NCBI RefSeq assembly: GCF_964355755.1
Contig: NC_092677.1
Span: 15,894,101-15,958,100, forward strand
Length of the DNA stretch: 64,000 bases
Reading direction: 5' to 3'
Origin: Antedon mediterranea
Taxonomy: Eukaryota; Animalia; Echinodermata
The translations under genes were made by a program, and so were the position numbers. How positions within the stretch are numbered: the stretch's first letter is position 1; each line of letters starts with the position of its first letter. Shown here piece after piece: positions 50,409-64,000 of the stretch. The notes beneath the pieces are model-generated. The model worked only from the letters and a program-made list of their open reading frames with translations. It was not told the DNA's origin and ran no database searches.

Positions 50409-51044
50409 ATGATGAACGTTATATATATAGTCCTCACGTATCATCCTATGAATAAGAAGGTTATTAACATTGTTCGCGATAACTTTTCAATTTTGACTGA
50501 AGATAAATCCGCTACAAAAGATATTTTTCAAGAACCACCCATGATAGCTTACAGACGTGATCAAAGCATTAAAGACACTTCAGTTAAATCTAAATTACAA
50601 AACAAAGGTAATGAATCAATTGGAACATTCAAATGTAATAGAAATAGATGTTCGACATGTAATTACGTTTCATGTTCAAACCAAATAGTAGGACCTTCTG
50701 GTAATTATGTGATCACAGATCGTATTACGTGCACCACTAGAAATCTAGTTTATTGTATTTCGTGTACTAAATGTAATATGCTTTATATTGGTGAAACTAA
50801 ACGCAGGTTAGGTGATAGGTTTGTAGAACATTTAAGGTCTATTAAACTAAAGACTCCCGGATTACCTGTAGCCACCCATTTTTGTAATAATGAGCATTCC
50901 CTTTCGGATATTACTATTTCTGGTGTTAAAGTATGTAATGGTTCTGAGACATCTCGTAGAATTATAGAAGAAAGAATAATTGTAAAGCTTGGCACTCTTG
51001 CCCCTACCGGCATAAATGTACAATTTAGATCCTTTAAACATTAA
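50409..51044 (+). CDS. C-terminal GIY-YIG endonuclease of a Penelope-like element (Neptune-type, 5'-truncated)
   Basis: VLTYHP...PPMIAYRR...CNRNRCSTC...CTTRNLVYCISCTKCNMLYIGETKRRLGDRFVEH...VATHF...EERII.KLGTLAP.GIN; open frame, RT absent. Confidence 0.9.
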   Translation: MMNVIYIVLTYHPMNKKVINIVRDNFSILTEDKSATKDIFQEPPMIAYRRDQSIKDTSVKSKLQNKGNESIGTFKCNRNRCSTCNYVSCSNQIVGPSGNYVITDRITCTTRNLVYCISCTKCNMLYIGETKRRLGDRFVEHLRSIKLKTPGLPVATHFCNNEHSLSDITISGVKVCNGSETSRRIIEERIIVKLGTLAPTGINVQFRSFKH

Positions 51045-51381
51045 TTTTGCCAGAGACATTCACATATTAACAATTATTTACACTTGAAGCTTTTGTCTTT
51101 GTTTTAAATTTCCTGCTTTATAAGCAACCATTCCTGCTTTGTACACCATAGCTTTTGGAGGCGTGCCTTTATAACTATGCCTTTTGTTTGTTAACATCTT
51201 TGATTGGTTGATTTGTTTTATTATGTAATTTTGTGACTTATATATGTTATCCTTTGTTACAATTCTTTTCACCTGATGATGGGCTATGCCCGAAACATGT
51301 CGTTAAAATAAATCTATATTGAGGCAGTTTTAACTTATTTGATCTTGATTTTTTTCTATATCCTGCCTATGCAGCTCTTTG

Positions 51382-51383
<2 letters not shown>
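50430..51383 (+). mobile_element. Penelope-like retroelement 3' fragment bounded by TA repeats
   Basis: (TA)5 at 50420-50429 and long (TA)n from about 51384; GIY-YIG ORF, hammerhead motif and AATAAA in between. Confidence 0.8.
51266..51308 (+). ncRNA. Minimal type I hammerhead ribozyme
   Basis: TTTTCAC-CTGATGA-T-GGGCtatGCCC-GAAA-CATG-TC-GTTAAAA: both catalytic boxes, stem II, palindromic ACATGT stem III, stem I with one mismatch. Confidence 0.75.

Positions 51384-51456
<73 letters not shown>
51384..51456. repeat. (TA)n microsatellite
   Basis: About 73 bp of uninterrupted TA. Confidence 0.95.
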
Positions 51457-51458
<2 letters not shown>

Positions 51459-51615
51459 AGATCTTGTTGGCCGATTGCTACGTTCTGAAGAACTCAAATG
51501 GCCGATTGCTACGTTCTGAAGAACTCAAATGGCCGATTGCTACGAATTCAAGACTTTTTGGCCGTTTGCTACTGTCATTTTGCTACGTTGGCTATGGACG
51601 TTTGCTACGTTGGAG
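51457..51615. repeat. 31-bp tandem units, probable subterminal repeats of a DNA transposon end
   Basis: GGCCGATTGCTACGTTCTGAAGAACTCAAAT at 51469 and 51500, partial at 51531, then decaying TTGCTACG motifs; no partner end seen in the window. Confidence 0.55.
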
Positions 51616-54039
51616 TTTTCATTGCCCATGTGACGTCACTTCCGTTATTTCTTCGTCGAAAAATGAAAGGAAATGTGATGTGCGATGAAATTATGATTTG
51701 CCATTTGCCACGGATTTCAGGCTTTCCAACAACTTTATTTATTTATAAAAAATAATTAATGTACGTAATTTTGTATATTTTGTACCAAACATAGGCTAGG
51801 AGCCTAGGCAGGTAGGGTTTTTACCCATATATCGGGGCTTTGTTGTCAGACTGGAAGTCTTTTCAAATCAAATAAATCATTTGATTATAGCCTAGGCCTA
51901 GGCCTAGCTAGTAGGCCCGGCCTAGAGGCTAGGCCTAGGCCTAGCCAGGGCTCATCATAGGCAAGCCTAGCCTAGTAGTAGGAGGCTACTAGGCCTAGCT
52001 TAATAGAGAACCTAGGCTTAGGCCTAACCTACTAGGCCTGTAGCCTACATAGGTAGGTAGGCCCTAGCTAGGTAGGGCCTGTATGTAGGCTAATATAGGA
52101 CTAGGCCAGGCCTTATGAAGGCTTTTTTATGCTGTATGTGTTTTACACTACAGTACCTTTTAGTAATAACTAATACCTGTGTTTAATTTTATTTCTAAAT
52201 GTGTTATGCAAATTGTTTAATAGGCCTAATTATTTTATTTCTTTCAGGTTGTGATATTATAATATATTAATATAAACAGATGTGAAAGTTTTAAAGCCCA
52301 TCCTAGAAGTTAGCTGATAATAATAACCAACTAATAATGTTGGTAGTGGAAGAATATTTGTCTTGTCTGGAATCAATGAAGATGATGTAGCTGACGCTGC
52401 GCAGAAATACTAATAATAAAAGATGATGATGAGAATACAAAATACAGTAATAAATAGCATATGATAGTAGTAGGCCTGTGTTTAACTTGAAAAAAGGTGT
52501 CAAAATCATTAATAAAAACTAATTAATAAAGGTAAATCAGCAAATGTGTTTACTTTACTGTAGTTTTGTATTTTTCTCAATAAATTAGTGACGTACAAAG
52601 CTGAGTGTGGGGTGGGTTACTATTTCCAAGTACCTAGATTAAGTTTAGTAAGCTTCTACAGTAATCTACACCAAGTAAGTTTGTATGACAAAATGTTATC
52701 AAGTACATGCAAACATGATGTTATATTTCTTTTTAAACGGATGAATAGAGATTATAATTGAATACATTGAAAATACAAGATTGTTTTTTTAACTTGTTTT
52801 TGGTCGAAAATAAATAGAAAATAACATTGGAGCATGTTAATAACATGTAGTTGACAACATTTTATATAATAAAAACCATATGTTGACAGACACTAATAGA
52901 CCTACGCTGTGGACAACACTGATGCAGTGTTATACAACTTTGGATGTTACAAGAATTATGGACAAGAAAATCAACAACTCCATCCATAAACATCACCATG
53001 TGCTAGGGTTCTCATAATTCATTTTTAATTCATGTTTAATGTAGTAAACCTCATAATTATGGCAGTCAGGATCAAGTCCAGAAGTGCAAAAGCACTTGTC
53101 ATGACTTAACCCTTTTCAGCAAAACAAAAGGTTTCAGTTTAAAGTAAATCAGAAATAAGGTTTAACAAGTATATATAACCAGTTTAAAAAAACTAATTAC
53201 ATTGACTTAAAGATGTACTGTCTTCCAAAAACATGAACACTGAAGATTAATAAAATTAATGCAAGTCATTTAACTTTAGGATGATGAGCTTTTTAAATAG
53301 TGGCCCAGTGTGAGCAAAATAAGGAGAGAATAGTAATAAATGGAATGACTAGAACCCCACTGCAGCCTTCATCTGTAGCTGTATGTATTAGATAAAAGCA
53401 GGTGCACACAGAATTGAAGACAACTTTTATAACTTTATTTCATCTTTGATTTAATTTAATGACAAATTAAAATAAAACTTACAAAATACTAAAAAACAAA
53501 CTGTAAGGGAAGAGCTTAAATTAATTCAAAATAATTATTTCTTATAAAAGGTAACACAATTAATAGTTTAACCTGGAAAGGCTAAAGAATTAAGGCCTAT
53601 GTAAGCATCTATGTAACGTTTGTTAAAAAATGTCATTGAATACAAGTCCTGGCCAATCATTCATGCAACCAAACACTATGGAGCTGCTGCTGTATAATGT
53701 TGATGAGTTTCAAATGAATAGGTGAATACATTTAGACTTCTACTTCAGTATGCTCATTCTATGAAAATGCTCCTTCAATGACAGTCCAAACAGCAACACA
53801 CTGTGGGTAGAAGAATATTGCAGGATTTAACCAGGTTTCACAATAAGCATGTTAAGTGTTCATTTAATTGACTGCAAACATTAAAATTGTATCAATAATA
53901 CTACTAAAAGTACAGTTGTTTAACAATAGTTACTTTTGGTTTTTGCATTTGGGTGTATAATTAAATTGGTAAGTGTTTTTTTCTAAGAAATTAGTTAAGT
54001 GTCCTGTATTGTTTTATTGTCTAATAAATGATTTTTCAA

Positions 54040-57000
54040 ACAGTTGTATTGGTAGATTTGTCTAGTATATATGTTTTATAATAACTGTACCCCTACAGAT
54101 GTCTAACTACTTAAATGTTCTGTACTGTTGTGTTGTTTACCAGATGATTTCTAAACAAATTATTCTGTTAGATTTGTCTAAAATACAGCTGTACTCTTAA
54201 TCGTGCTGTATAATAACTGTATCCCCACAGATGTCTAACTTCTTGAATGTCCTGTGTCGTTGTGTTGTCTAATGGATGATTTCTAAACAAATTTTTTGTC
54301 TAAAATTGTGTGCTATAATAACTGTACCCCTACACACGTGTAACTAGTTAAATGTGAAATGTGTATTATTGGGTTGTTCAATAGGTTATTTCTCAAATTC
54401 TACTGTTAAATTTGTCTAAAATATTTACTCTAAATTGTGCTCTATAATAACTGTAACCTAACTACTTGAATGTCTTGTATTGTTGAGTTGTTCAATAGAT
54501 GATTTATCAACTAATTATACTTCAGATTTGTCTAAAATATGTACTCTTAATTGTGTGCTATAATAACTGTACCCCTATACATGTCTAACTACTTGAATGT
54601 CCTGTATTGTTGGGTTGTTCTATAGATGATTACTCAACCAGTTTTAATGTTAGATTTGTCTAAAATATGTACTCCTAATTGTGTTCTATAATATCTGTAC
54701 CCCTCCCTACAAATGTGAACTACTAGAATTTCCTGTATTATTGTGCTGTCTATTAGATGATTTCTCAACCAAATTATACTGTTAGATTTTTCTAAAATAT
54801 GTACTCGAGTCTTAATTGTGCTCTATAATAACTGTACCCCTACACATGTCTAACAACTTGAATGTCCTGTATTATTGGGTTGGTTCATATAGAATTTCTC
54901 AACTAATTATACTTCAGATTTGTCTAAAATATTTACTCCTAATTGTGTTCTATAATAACTGTACCATGTATAATTGTTTTGTCTAAAAGTTCTTAACCAA
55001 TTATAGTGTTAGATTTGCTGTTTTTTATTTTGCTCTAAACAACTAACTAAATTAAACTGCATTCCTCTCTTTAATTTTGTTGTAAGAACTAACAAAACTA
55101 AACTGAATTCCTTTGTTTAACTTTGTCCTTAAGCAACTAACTAAACTGAACTGCATTGCTGTGTTTAAATTTATCCTACAACCAATAGATCAAACTACAA
55201 TGTACTCTTAATTGTGTTCTATAATAACTGTACCCCTACACATGTTTAACTACTTGAATGCTCTGTATTATTGTGTTGTCTAATAGATAATTTCTTAACC
55301 AATTATTCTGTTAAATATGTTTAAAATATGTACTCCCAAATGGGTTCTATAAGAACTCTACCCCTACACATGTTTAACTACTTGAATGTGCTGTAATATT
55401 GTGTTGTCTAATAGATTAGATAGATAGATTTCTCAACCAATTATTCTGTTAGATTTGTCTCAAATATTTACTCTTAATTGTGTCCTATAACCTGAACTGC
55501 TGTGTTTAATTTTGTCCTACAACCAATTAAACTAAACTGAATTGCTCTGTTTAATTTTGTTCTACAACCAACTTAAATAAACTTCTCTATTTAATTTTGT
55601 CTTACAACCAACTAAACTAAACTGAATTGCTATGTTTAATTGTGTCTTACAACCAACTAAACTAAACTGAATTGCAGAAGTCTAAATATATGAATGTTCT
55701 GTATTATTGTGTTGTCTACTAGATAATTTCTTAACCAATTATACTTTTAGATTTGTCTAAAATATGTACCCTTAATGATGTTCTATAATAACTGTACCCC
55801 TACACATGTCTAAATATTTGAATGTTCTGTATTGTTTTGTTGTCTACTAGATAATTTCCCAACCAATTATACTTTTAAATTTGTCTAAAATATATTATCT
55901 TAATTGTTGTCTACAATAACTGTACCCCTACATATGTCTAAATATTTGAATGCTCTGTATTATTGTTTTGGCTAATAGATGAATTGCTGTGTTTAATTGT
56001 GTCCTACAACCAACTAATCTAAACTGAACTGCTATGTTTAATTGTGTCCTACAACCAACTAAACTAAACTGAATTGCTATGTTTAATTGTGTCCTACAAC
56101 CAACTAAACTGTGCTGCTGTGTTAAATTGTGTTCTACAACCAACTAAACTAAACTAAGCTGCTGTGTTTAATTTTGTCCTACAACCAACTAAACTAAACT
56201 GAATTGCTCTGTTTAATTTTGTTCTACAACCAACTAAACTAAACTGCTGTGATTGTGTCCTACAACTAACTAAACTAAACTGAACTGCTGTGATTGTGTC
56301 CTACAACCAAAAATGTCTCAACCAATTATACTGTTAGATTTTTCTAAAATATGTAATCCTAATTGTGTTCTATAATAACTATTACCCCTACACATGTCTA
56401 ACTACTTGAATGTCCTGTATTATTATTCTGTTAGATTTGTCTAAAATATGTACTCTTAATTGTGTTCTATATTAACTGTATCCTTACACATGTCTACTTG
56501 AATGTCCATTTGGTTGTTCAATAGATGTTTTCTCAACCAATTATACTGTTAGAGTTGTCAAATATGTACTCCAAAATGGGTTATATAATAACTGTACCCC
56601 TACACATGTCTAACTACTTGAAAGTCCTGTATTATTGGGTTGTTTAATGGATGATTTTTCAACCAATTATACTTTTAGATTTGTCTAAAATATGTACTCT
56701 TAATTGTGTTCTATAATAACTGTACCCCTATACCTATCTAAGTACTTGAATGTCCTGTATTTTTTAGTTGTTCTACAGTTGATTTCTCAACCAATTATAC
56801 TGTTAGATGTGCTGTGTTTTATTTTGCCCTAAACAACTAACTAAATTGAACTGCATTCCTCTGTTTAATTTTGTGGTAAGTAATTAACTAAACTGAATTC
56901 CTTGTTTAACTTTGTCCTAAAGCAACTAACTAAACTGAACTGCATTGCTGTGTTTAAATTTCTCATACAACCAACTAAACTGAACTGCATTGCTGTGTTT

Positions 57001-60000
57001 AAATTTCTCATACAACCAACTAAACTGAACTGCATTGCTGTGTTTAAATTTCTCATACAACCAACTAAACTGAACTGCATTGCTGTGTTTAAGTTTCTCA
57101 TACAACCAACTAAACTGAACTGCATTCCTATGTTTAATTTTGCCCTTAACAACTAACTAAACTGAACTGCATTGCTGTGTTTAAATTTCTCATACAACCA
57201 ACTAAACTGAACTGCATTCCTGTGTTTAATTTTGCCCTTAACAACTAACTAAACTGAACTGCATTGCTGTGTTTAAATTTCTCATACAACCAACTAAACT
57301 GAACTGCATTCCTATGTTTAATTTTGCCCTTAACAACTAACTAAACTGAACTGCATTGCTGTGTTTAAATTTCTCATACAACCAACTAAACTGAACTGCA
57401 TTCCTATGTTTAATTTTGCCCTTAACAACTAACTTAATTGAACTGCATTGCTGTGTTTAAATTTCTCATACAACCAACTAAACTGAACTGCATTCCTATG
57501 TTTAATTTTGCCCTTAACAACTAACTAAACTGAACTGCATTGCTGTGTTTAAATTTCTCATACCACCAACTAAACTGAACTGCATTCCTGTGTTTAATTT
57601 TGCCCTAAACAACTAACTAAACTGAACTGCATTGCTGTGTTTAAATTTCTCATACAACCAACTAAACGGAACTGCATTCCTATGTTTAGTTTTGCCCTTA
57701 ACAACTAACTAAACTAAACTGCATTGCTCTGTTTAAATTTCTCCTACAACCAACTAAAATTAACTGCATTCCTGTGTTTAATTTTGCCCTAAACAACTAA
57801 CTAAACTGAACTGCATTGCTGTGTTTAAATTTATCCTACAACCAATAGATCAAACTACAATGTACTCTTAATTGTGCTCTATAATAACTGTACCCCTACA
57901 CATGTCTAAATACTTGAATGTCCTGTATTATTGGATTGTTCTATAGATGATTTCTCAACCAATTATACTGTTAGATTTGTTTAAAATATGTACTCCCAAA
58001 TGGGTTCTATAAGAACTCTACCCCTACACATGTTTAACTACTTGAATGTGCTGTAATATTGTGTTGTCTAATAGATTAGATAGATAGATTTCTCAACCAA
58101 TTATTCTGTTAGATTTGTCTTAAATATTTACTCTTAATTGTGTCCTATAACCTGAACTGCTGTGTTTAATTTTGTCCTACAACCAACTAAACTAAACTGA
58201 ATTGCTCTGTTTCATTTTGTTCTACAAACAACTAAACTGAACTGAGCTGAACTGCTGTGTTTAATTGTGTCCTAAAACCAACTAAACTAAACTGAATTGC
58301 TCTGTTTAATTGTGTCCTACAACCAACTAAACTAAACTGAATTGCTCTATTTAATTGTGTCCTAAAACCAACTAAACTAAACTGAATTGCTCTGTTTAAT
58401 TGTGTCCTACAACCAACTAAACTAAACTGAATTGCTCTGTTTAATTGTGTCCTACAACCAACTAAACTAAACTGAATTGCTCTGTTTAATTGTGTCCTAC
58501 AACCAACTAAACTGAATTACTCTGTTTAATTGTGTCCTACAGCCAACTAAGCTAAATTAGAATTGCTGTGTTTAATGTTGTTTTACAACCAAATAAAATA
58601 AACTGAATTACTCTGTTAAATTGTGTCCTACAACCAACTAAACTAAACTGAATTTCTCTGTTTATTTTTTTCTAAACTAAACTGAACTGCTGTGTTTAAT
58701 TGTGTCCTAAAACCAACTAAACTAAATTTCTCTGTTTAATTACTAAACTAAACTGTGCTGCTGTGTTAAATTGTGTTCTACAACCAACTAAACTAAACTA
58801 AGCTGCTGTGTTTAATTTTGTCCTACAACCAACTAAACTAAACTGAATTCCTGTGTTTAATTTTGCCCTTAACAACTAACTAAACTGAACTGCATTGCTG
58901 TGTTTAAAATTCTCATACAACCAACTAAACTGAACTGCATTCCTATGTTTAATTTTGCCCTTAACAACTAACTAAACTGAACTGCATTGCTGTGTTTAAA
59001 TTTCTAATACAACCAACTAAACTGAACTGCATTCCTATGTTTAATTTTGCCCTTAACAACTAACTTAATTGAACTGCATTCCTGTGTTTAAATTTCTCAT
59101 ACAACCAACTAAACTGAACTGCATTCCTATGTTTAATTTTGCCCTTAACAACTAACTAAACTGAACTGCATTGCTGTGTTTAAATTTCTCATACAACCAA
59201 CTAAACTGAACTGCATTCCTGTGTTTAATTTTGCCCTAAACAACTAACTAAACTGAACTGCATTGCTGTGTTTAAATTTCTCATACAACCAACTAAACGG
59301 AACTGCATTCCTATGTTTAATTTTGCCCTTAACAACTAACTAAACTAAACTGCATTGCTCTGTTTAAATTTCTCCTACAACCAACTAAAATTAACTGCAT
59401 TCCTGTGTTTAATTTTGCCCTAAACAACTAACTAAACTGAACTGCATTGCTGTGTTTAAATTTATCCTACAACCAATAGATCAAACTACAATGTACTCTT
59501 AATTGTGCTCTACAATAACTGTACCCCTACACATGTCTAAATACTTGAATGTCCTGTATTATTGGATTGTTCTATAGATGATTTCTCAACCAATTATACT
59601 GTTAGATTTGTTTAAAATATGTACTCCCAAATGGGTTCTATAAGAACTCTACCCCTACACATGTTTAACTACTTGAATGTGCTGTAATATTGTGTTGTCT
59701 AATAGATTAGATAGATAGATTTCTCAACCAATTATTCTGTTAGATTTGTCTCAAATATTTACTCTTAATTGTGTCCTATAACCTGAACTGCTGTGTTTAA
59801 TTTTGTCCAACAACAAACTAAACTAAACTGAATTGCTCTGTTTAATTTTGTTCTACAACCAACTTAAATAAACTTCTCTATTTAATTTTGTCTTACAACC
59901 AACTAAACTAAACTGAATTGCTATGTTTAATTGTGTCTTACAACCAACTAAACTAAACTGAATTACAAAAGTCTAAATATTTGAATGTTCTGTATTATTG

Positions 60001-63000
60001 TGTTGTCTACTAGACAATTTCTTAACCAGTTATACTTTTAGATTTGTCTAAAATATGTACCCTTAATGATGTTCTATAATAACTGTACCCCTACACATGT
60101 CTAAATATTTGAATGCTCTGTATTATTGTTTTGGCTAATAGATGAATTGCTTTGTTTAATTGTGTCCTACAACCAACTAATCTAAACTGAATTGCTCGGT
60201 TTAATTTTGTTCTACAACCAACTAGACTAAACTGAAATGCTGTGTTTAATTGTGTCCTACAACCAACTAAACTAAACTAAACTGAATTGCTCTGTTTAAT
60301 TGTGTCCTACAACCAACTAAACTAAACTGAATTGCTGTGTTTAATTGTGTCCTACAACCAACTAAACTAAACTGAATTGCTGTGTTTAATTGTGTCCTAC
60401 AACCAACTAAACTAACCTGAATTGCTCTGTTTAATTGTGTCCTACAACCAACTAAACTAAACTGAATTGCTCTGTTTAATTGTGTCCTACAACCAACTAA
60501 ACTAAACTGAATTGCTGTGTTTAATTGTGTCCTACAACCAACTAAACTAAACTGAATTGCTCTGTTTAATTGTGTCCTACAACCAACTAAACTAAACTGA
60601 ATTGCTGTGTTTAATTGTGTCCTACAACCAACTAAACTAACCTGAATTGCTCTGTTTAATTGTGTCCTACAACCAACTAAACTAAACTGAATTGCTGTGT
60701 TTAATTGTGTTCTACAACCAACTAAACTAAACTGAATTGCTCTGTTTAATTGTGTCCTACAACCAACTAAACTAAACTGAATTGCTGTGTTTAATTGTGT
60801 CCTACAACCAACTAAACTAACCTGAATTGCTCTGTTTAATTGTGTCCTACAACCAACTAAACTAAACTGAATTGCTGTGTTTAATTGTGTCCTACAACCA
60901 ACTAAACTGAACTGCATTGCTGTGTTTAAATTTATCCTACAACCAATAGATCAAACTACAATGTACTCTTAATTGTGCTCTATAATAACTGTACCCCTAC
61001 ACATGTCTAAATACTTGAATGTCCTGTATTATTGGATTGTTCTATAGATGATTTCTCAACCAATTATACTGTTAGATTTGTTTAAAATATGTACTCCCAA
61101 ATGGGTTCTATAAGAACTCTACCCCTACACATGTTTAACTACTTGAATGTGCTGTAATATTGTGTTGTCTAATAGATTAGATAGATAGATTTCTCAACCA
61201 ATTATTCTGTTAGATTTGTCTTAAATATTTACTCTTAATTGTGTCCTATAACCTAAACTGCTGTGTTTAATTTTGTCCTACAACCAACTAAATTAAACTG
61301 AATTGCTCTGTTTAATTTTGTTCTACAACCAACTTAAATAAACTTCTCTATTTAATTTTGTCTTACAACCAACTAAACTAAACTGAATTGCTATGTTTAA
61401 TTGTGTCTTACAACCAACTAAACTAAACTGAATTACAAAAGTCTAAATATTTAAATGTTCTGTATTATTGTGTTGTCTACTAGACAATTTCTTAACCAGT
61501 TATACTTTTAGATTTGTCTAAAATATGTACCCTTAATGATGTTCTATAATAACTGTACCCCTACACATGTCTAAATATTTGAATGCTCTGTATTATTGTT
61601 TTGGCTAATAGATGAATTGCTGTGTTTAATTGTGTCCTACAACCAACTAATCTAAACTGAATTGCTCTGTTTAATTTTGTTCTACAACCAACTAGACTAA
61701 ACTGAAATGCTGTGTTTAATTGTGTCCTACAACCAACTAAACTAAACTAAACTGAATTGCTCTGTTTAATTGTGTCCTACAACCAACTAAACTAAACTGA
61801 ATTGCTGTGTTTAATTGTGTCCTACAACCAACTAAACTAACCTGAATTGCTCTGTTTAATTGTGTCCTACAACCAAATAAACTAAACTGAATTGCTGTGT
61901 TTAATTGTGTCCTACAACCAACTAAACTAAACTGAATTGCTGTGTTTAATTGTGTCCTACAACCAACTAAACTAAACTGAATTGCTCTGTTTCATTTTGT
62001 TCTACAAACAACTAAACTGAACTGAATTGCTGTGTTTAATTGTGTCCTACAACCAACTAAACTAAACTGAATTGCTCTGTTTCATTTTGTTCTACAAACA
62101 ACTAAACTGAACTGAGCTGAACTGCTGTGTTTAATTGTGTCCTAAAACCAACTAAACTAAACTGAATTGCTCTGTTTAATTGTGTCCTACAACCAACTAA
62201 ACTAAACTGAATTGCTCTATTTAATTGTGTCCTAAAACCAACTAAACTAAACTGAATTGCTCTGTTTAATTGTGTCCTACAACCAACTAAACTAAACTGA
62301 ATTGCTCTGTTTAATTGTGTCCTACAACCAACTAAACTAAACTGAATTGCTCTGTTTAATTGTGTCCTACAACCAACTAAACTGAATTACTCTGTTTAAT
62401 TGTGTCCTACAGCCAACTAAGCTAAATTAGAATTGCTGTGTTTAATGTTGTTCTACAACCAAATAAAATAAACTGAATTACTCTGTTAAATTGTGTCCTA
62501 CAACCAACTAAACTAAACTGAATTTCTCTGTTTATTTTTTTCTAAACTAAACTGAACTGCTGTGTTTAATTGTGTCCTAAAACCAACTAAACTAAATTTC
62601 TCTGTTTAATTACTAAACTAAACTGCGCTGCTGTGTTAAATTGTGTTCTACAACCAACTAAACTAAACTAAGCTGCTGTGTTTAATTTTGTCCTACAACC
62701 AACTAAACTAAACTGAATTCCTGTGTTTAATTTTGCCCTTAACAACTAACTAAACTGAACTGCATTGCTGTGTTTAAATTTCTCATACAACCAACTAAAC
62801 TGAACTGCATTCCTATGTTTAATTTTGCCCTTAACAACTAACTAAACTGAACTGCATTGCTGTGTTTAAATTTCTAATACAACCAACTAAACTGAACTGC
62901 ATTCCTATGTTTAATTTTGCCCTTAACAACTAACTTAATTGAACTGCATTCCTGTGTTTAAATTTCTCATACAACCAACTAAACTGAACTGCATTCCTAT

Positions 63001-64000
63001 GTTTAATTTTGCCCTTAACAACTAACTAAACTGAACTGCATTGCTGTGTTTAAATTTCTCATACAACCAACTAAACGGAACTGCATTCCTATGTTTAATT
63101 TTGCCCTTAACAACTAACTAAACTAAACTGCATTGCTCTGTTTAAATTTCTCCTACAACCAACTAAAATTAACTGCATTCCTGTGTTTAATTTTGCCCTA
63201 AACAACTAACTAAACTGAACTGCATTGCTGTGTTTAAATTTATCCTACAACCAATAGATCAAACTACAATGTACTCTTAATTGTGCTCTACAATAACTGT
63301 ACCCCTACACATGTCTAAATACTTGAATGTCCTGTATTATTGGATTGTTCTATAGATGATTTCTCAACCAATTATACTGTTAGATTTGTTTAAAATATGT
63401 ACTCCCAAATGGGTTCTATAAGAACTCTACCCCTACACATGTTTAACTACTTGAATGTGCTGTAATATTGTGTTGTCTAATAGATTAGATAGATAGATTT
63501 CTCAACCAATTATTCTGTTAGATTTGTCTCAAATATTTACTCTTAATTGTGTCCTATAACCTGAACTGCTGTGTTTAATTTTGTCCTACAACCAACTAAA
63601 CTAAACTGAATTGCTCTGTTTAATTTTGTTCTACAACCAACTTAAATAAACTTCTCTATTTAATTTTGTCTTACAACCAACTAAACTAAACTGAATTGCT
63701 ATGTTTAATTGTGTCTTACAACCAACTAAACTAAACTGAATTACAAAAGTCTAAATATTTGAATGTTCTGTATTATTGTGTTGTCTACTAGACAATTTCT
63801 TAACCAGTTATACTTTTAGATTTGTCTAAAATATGTACCCTTAATGATGTTCTATAATAACTGTACCCCTACACATGTCTAAATATTTGAATGCTCTGTA
63901 TTATTGTTTTGGCTAATAGATGAATTGCTTTGTTTAATTGTGTCCTACAACCAACTAATCTAAACTGAATTGCTCGGTTTAATTTTGTTCTACAACCAAC
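54040..64000. repeat. Composite satellite with higher-order structure (runs off the window)
   Basis: Three interleaved monomers: about 125-130 bp (ATAACTGTACCCCTACACATGTCTAA...), 45 bp (AACTAAACTAAACTGAATTGCTGTGTTTAATTGTGTCCTACAACC) and a 90-bp dimer (...TTTCTCATACAACC / ...TTTGCCCTTAACAACT); junction marker ACCAATAGATCAAACTACAATG at ~55181, 57841, 59472, 60942, 63250. Confidence 0.97.

Noticed and set aside
51481-51530. CTGAAGA in the 31-bp repeats as a hammerhead core
   Set aside because: No GAAA box or stem II/III at the required spacing.
51790-52115. Dense TAGGCCTA/CTAG palindromic tract
   Set aside because: Low-complexity sequence without defined period or boundaries; similar tracts occur at about 19570-19720 and 47020-47060.
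1351-54000. Most other 60-110 aa ORFs in the track
   Set aside because: They overlap TIRs, subterminal repeats or AT-rich filler, or are antisense shadows of real TE frames, and show no recognisable motifs.
60267-60917. 216-aa repetitive ORF (also 56865-57156, 55928-56143)
   Set aside because: Translation of a 45-bp satellite monomer; the frame stays open only because the unit length is a multiple of 3.

Overview
AT-rich eukaryotic DNA with spliceosomal intron signals and a repeat repertoire typical of a marine invertebrate (inferred; possibly an echinoderm-like deuterostome). I can see no intact host gene. The window is made of nested transposable elements: Rex1/L2/CR1-type LINE fragments, tRNA-derived SINEs, foldback/MITE elements, an EnSpm-like end, two Academ elements (one with both ends and a disrupted transposase/XPG ORF), hAT and Ginger-like non-autonomous elements, and a Penelope-like GIY-YIG end with a hammerhead ribozyme. 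It also holds a recent near-identical tandem duplication (23173-35342 vs 36529-42304) and two satellite arrays (29.6-32.8 kb, 54-64 kb). The duplication supplies empty-site controls. Most notable: (1) a 4.9-kb element with perfect 32-bp TIRs apparently inserted without a target-site duplication; (2) five different 19-47 bp CATRG palindromes flanked by ~7-bp direct repeats that look like P/THAP9-type excision footprints; (3) a duplication breakpoint that appears to be a hybrid between two copies of one hAT family. All family assignments are by eye from motifs; no searches were run.
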